Positions 60,808 to 64,000 of a stretch of DNA of 64,000 nucleotides are shown one piece after another. The stretch is taken from NCBI GenBank assembly GCA_051362555.1, contig CM120646.1, positions 3,348,001-3,412,000 on the forward strand. Direction: 5' to 3'. The stretch is from Lingula anatina. Lineage: Eukaryota; Animalia; Brachiopoda. Within the stretch, counting starts at the first letter, position 1; every line of letters begins with the position of its first letter. The position numbers and the translations under genes were made by a program. Below the pieces are notes generated by a model that had not been told where the DNA came from, did no database searches, and saw only the letters and a program-made list of their open reading frames with translations.

Positions 60808-63752
60808 AGAAAATGGGAGGGGTCGAAATAGGTAAAGTTTGGTATTTCTCATTAGGTTTTAAGTTAAATAAAATCTTACTTCAGTATACAACCCATTTTT
60901 AAAGAAAACCCATTATAATAAAAGACATAAAACTTAAATTTAGAAATTCACAAAACGAAGCAGGAGGACGAGGGGGCTCCCTGTAGCCCTGTGTATCTGC
61001 CTCTCGGTATGCTTCTGACTATCAGATTATTTTATATATAATTTTATATATATATGTGGAATAATCTGATAATCATATTATTCCATATATAATTATGATT
61101 AAATTTACACCTCATTCAGCTCTCAATCATGGAAACCACTCGGAGAGGAGTACAATGCATTATGGTTAAGATATTAACATACGTGACGCCGTCGCATGGC
61201 GGAACTGACTCTTCCTTTGGTCGACTTAATTCTCCATTGCTTTCATCGCCTGGTCCTTCGTTATTCCCGTCATCTGCAAATATATTAACAATATTTAAGG
61301 GACCAAATTCAACTCACATTCTAAATTCTACTTAAAAACTAGACAGCAGAGCTGAGAAATATACAGATACCATAGAGGAAACAAGGGAGCAAAGCTGACA
61401 AATGTTCAGTACACAGAAAAGAGTGCGCCAAATAATATTTTGACCAATTTTAGTGCACTGTTTCCGGGTACATAATGCTTTAAAACAGCATACTCTTATC
61501 TTCTTACATTATGTACTACAAGTAAATGGACACTGAAATACTAGCAAGTAATTCAGTTTCATGGGATAGAAAAGCCACTGAAAATGTGTAAAATAAAATA
61601 AATATAAAAAAAAAGATTAATTACCGTAAACGTAAACCTATCATGCCGATTTTTGAAAGCAAGCTGCCTTTTAATCAAATAAAGCCACGAAGTAAATTTA
61701 AAGTAAAACGAAAATATAGTTTGATAACCGATAATGCTGATTTTTGAAAGCAACCTCATTATTTACCAAACAAAGCCACTCAGTAACTTTAAAGCAAAAC
61801 AAAAATAAGGTTTAGAAGTTGTGGGGCGAACGTCACCAAAATGTGAAAAAAACGAATTATTGCCGTAAATGAAAACAGATCGTGCCGATCTTCGAAAGTG
61901 ACCTGCCTCTTTACCAATGAAAGCCACTCAGCAAATTTCAAGTAAAAGAAAAATACGGTTTGGAAGTTATGGGGCGAAGGTCATGTGTCGGATAGCGACA
62001 GCGACGGCGAGGACACACCAATCAGACACACCAATCAGGATTACATGTGTCTGTATATAGATAGCAAAAAGAAAGAAAACGCGGTATTCCGGCGGCTGGT
62101 TTCCTTAACAACGTACCAACAAATAACTGACAACAAATAAACAGCCTATCAGACATCCCCTGCACATGCTATACAAACAAACCGACAACTTGGCCAATTA
62201 ACTTGGTCATTTAACTTGCCCGTTATGCTGTTAACAATGCAAAGACGACCTAAAGAATGGGCCCAGCCAGGGTGTTATAAACATGGGGCACGTATGAATA
62301 AGGGGACTGCGTAGTGAGCTCAAATCGTAGGATGTTAGGCAGAAAGATCCCATTGCGTCCCAGGTTTTAACTTTTAATTTCAAACCTTTAAGTCAAGAAG
62401 AAATGTGAATAAGGCAGACCCAACCCACTCCACCAATAAACACTTTTATTAATCTTATTCTCATTTTGTGATTTTAAAATTTTGCGTTATTGTACATTTG
62501 TTTAAATTGACCACTTATACGTTGCAAGGTATTCTGATATAGCTACTAGAGGGCTATATTTATAACGGAAAAATAACATTATATAAAAAAGCCCCGTATA
62601 GACCCGCCGTCGTTTTCTTTGTCAACGTACAAACACAACTCGACAAACCCCATGACTCATTTGATACCCCCTGTATTGACAATAACAAAAAAAAAAAAGC
62701 CCTCGGATGAAGTCTATACAATAGGGTCTACAAACAATTTTGCGATCACGATCATTAGCTGTAACCTGAGTAACATACCTATTTTGTATTTAAACTATAT
62801 TAATTTATGCTATATTTATATATTTGTCCAATGATCCATTTGTTAATTATTCCAGTTGTCATTCTTTATATTTTCATATATCAATTTATAATACATTTAC
62901 ATCAAATAATACTAATTGTAAAATATTATATATATAGGAAGAGAAATAAAGAAACTAAGTTAAATTTGAATGAATTGAAAAAAATTATAAGGTGGTATAT
63001 TGAAGTAGAAAAATTCAGGTACATTAGTAAAGGTGAGAAAGAAAAGTTAAACAAAAATGGACATCATTAATACACTTGTTTCAGAAAGAAGGAGTGAGTG
63101 AGTGAGCGAGAGAACAATTTATGTAATTTGTAACAACATTTTCTTTCTGGGAGAATAAATACATCTAAAAAAATTATAATACATCGAGGGAGAGGGAGAG
63201 AGAGATAGATAAGATCGAATCATCTATTTTGTGCTACCGACCTTGTTCCGGCTGTGAAACACTCGCAGTCAGCGCTCTCCGCAGATCACCCAGTGCTTTT
63301 TGATCTTTAGGAAGGACTTCATTAGCATTAAAGTAAAGGCGTCTTATAGCTCTATATTTCTCCATCTTGTTAAAAGTATCTTGTACGGTAACGCCAAGAG
63401 CACATACGGGTATGAACTGGGGACGTCCCAACCGATCTAGAAAGGCACTTTCAGCAATATGTTCGCTCCAGCAGTCTTGGATGAAAGCCGGGCACATGAC
63501 TGGTACAATAAACTTTGACTCTTTTAAAGCATTAAAAAGTGCCTCAAAAACTCTTTGCCCAGGGTTCACGTCTCTGTGGGGATAGAATACTTTAAGTTTA
63601 CATTCTTTTTCCAAATATTCCAAGAGCGCTTCCGTAAATTTTTCACTTCTCGTTATAGCTTCCTCGTCTGCGTTTCCTGTTAACATTGTTCTGTCACAGC
63701 TCAACAATAAAACGTCATATTTCCTCTGCTCCGATTTGCAACTTGCCGCCAT
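59739..63752 (-). CDS. Gene F: TIR-domain protein, 405 aa predicted; exons 63242-63752, 61183-61273, 60620-60680, 59739-60293
   Basis: 511+91+61+555=1218 nt, open frame, GT/AG sites homologous to paralogs. Confidence 0.83.
61336..62066 (+). mobile_element. Helitron/Helentron-like non-autonomous element with ~120-bp internal repeats (gene F intron 1)
   Basis: AACTAG start, TATATAGAT end, three related units at ~61617, 61735, 61856; absent in paralogs. Confidence 0.55.
63242..63752 (-). CDS. Gene F exon 1, TIR domain (subtype 2)
   Basis: ORF 63234..63752: YDVLLL, VFYPHRDVNPG, SKFIVPVMCPAF. Confidence 0.88.
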
Positions 63753-64000
63753 ATCTCAGATAGGACTATTGATTTGTGAGTTCAATCTTCTTGTGTACAG
63801 TGTCCTAACAACGAGCTTTCCGACCTCTGCCAGTGTGTAAACCTATATATATTTTGGCCCCTTACTGTCAAGCGGAGAAAACTGAAGTGCCGTCGTGTGG
63901 ACAACAATACAGGGAATATGTTTATATGTTGTTGCGTTTCCAACCAACGCCGCCATTTTGTTATACAGTACAATATGCTTTATTCCAATAATCAATGATT

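Noticed and set aside
55501-63070. Paired ORFs 55501/62619 and 55689/62807
   Set aside because: AT-rich intron-1 sequence shared by the recent E/F duplication; non-ATG starts or low complexity.
2773-63585. Plus-strand ORFs antisense to TIR exons (2773, 21153, 27349, 56262, 63367) and antisense to the pol genes
   Set aside because: Shadow frames of real coding sequence; their similarity to each other just reflects paralogy.
2451-63752. Bacterial TIR defence system (Thoeris, CBASS, Pycsar-like operon)
   Set aside because: Spliceosomal introns, eukaryotic initiator tRNA, LTR retrotransposons and microsatellites; no operon partners.

Overview
AT-rich, intron-containing animal (invertebrate-type) genomic DNA, not prokaryotic. 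The backbone is a head-to-tail minus-strand array of six paralogous genes (called A-F left to right; A runs off the left edge). Each has a conserved 4-exon model that I reconstructed by hand from GT-AG sites (intron phases 1/2/0): an N-terminal TIR-domain exon, two small acidic exons, and a last exon with a Pro/acidic low-complexity linker ending in a conserved ~35-aa hydrophobic/amphipathic tail. B, E and F give intact spliced ORFs (336, 264 and 405 aa). A is intact as far as visible. C has lost exon 2, and D has an in-frame TAG in the TIR plus a transposon in its last codons. The TIRs keep the BB-loop RDVxPG motif but lack the NADase catalytic Glu, consistent with a lineage-expanded family of innate-immune adaptor-like proteins. 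The array is heavily invaded by transposons: a full-length BEL/Pao element (LTRs appear identical, gag broken by a MITE), a full-length Gmr1-type Gypsy (integrase before RT, broken by a 19-bp duplication), two Tc1 copies, many MITEs and Helentron-like elements, and THAP and YqaJ remnants. Two initiator tRNA-Met copies lie between A and B. Paralog comparison also shows recurrent TA-GGCC-TA micro-insertions that look like transposon excision footprints, one of which inactivates gene D. No database searches or alignments were run; all coordinates were read by eye.
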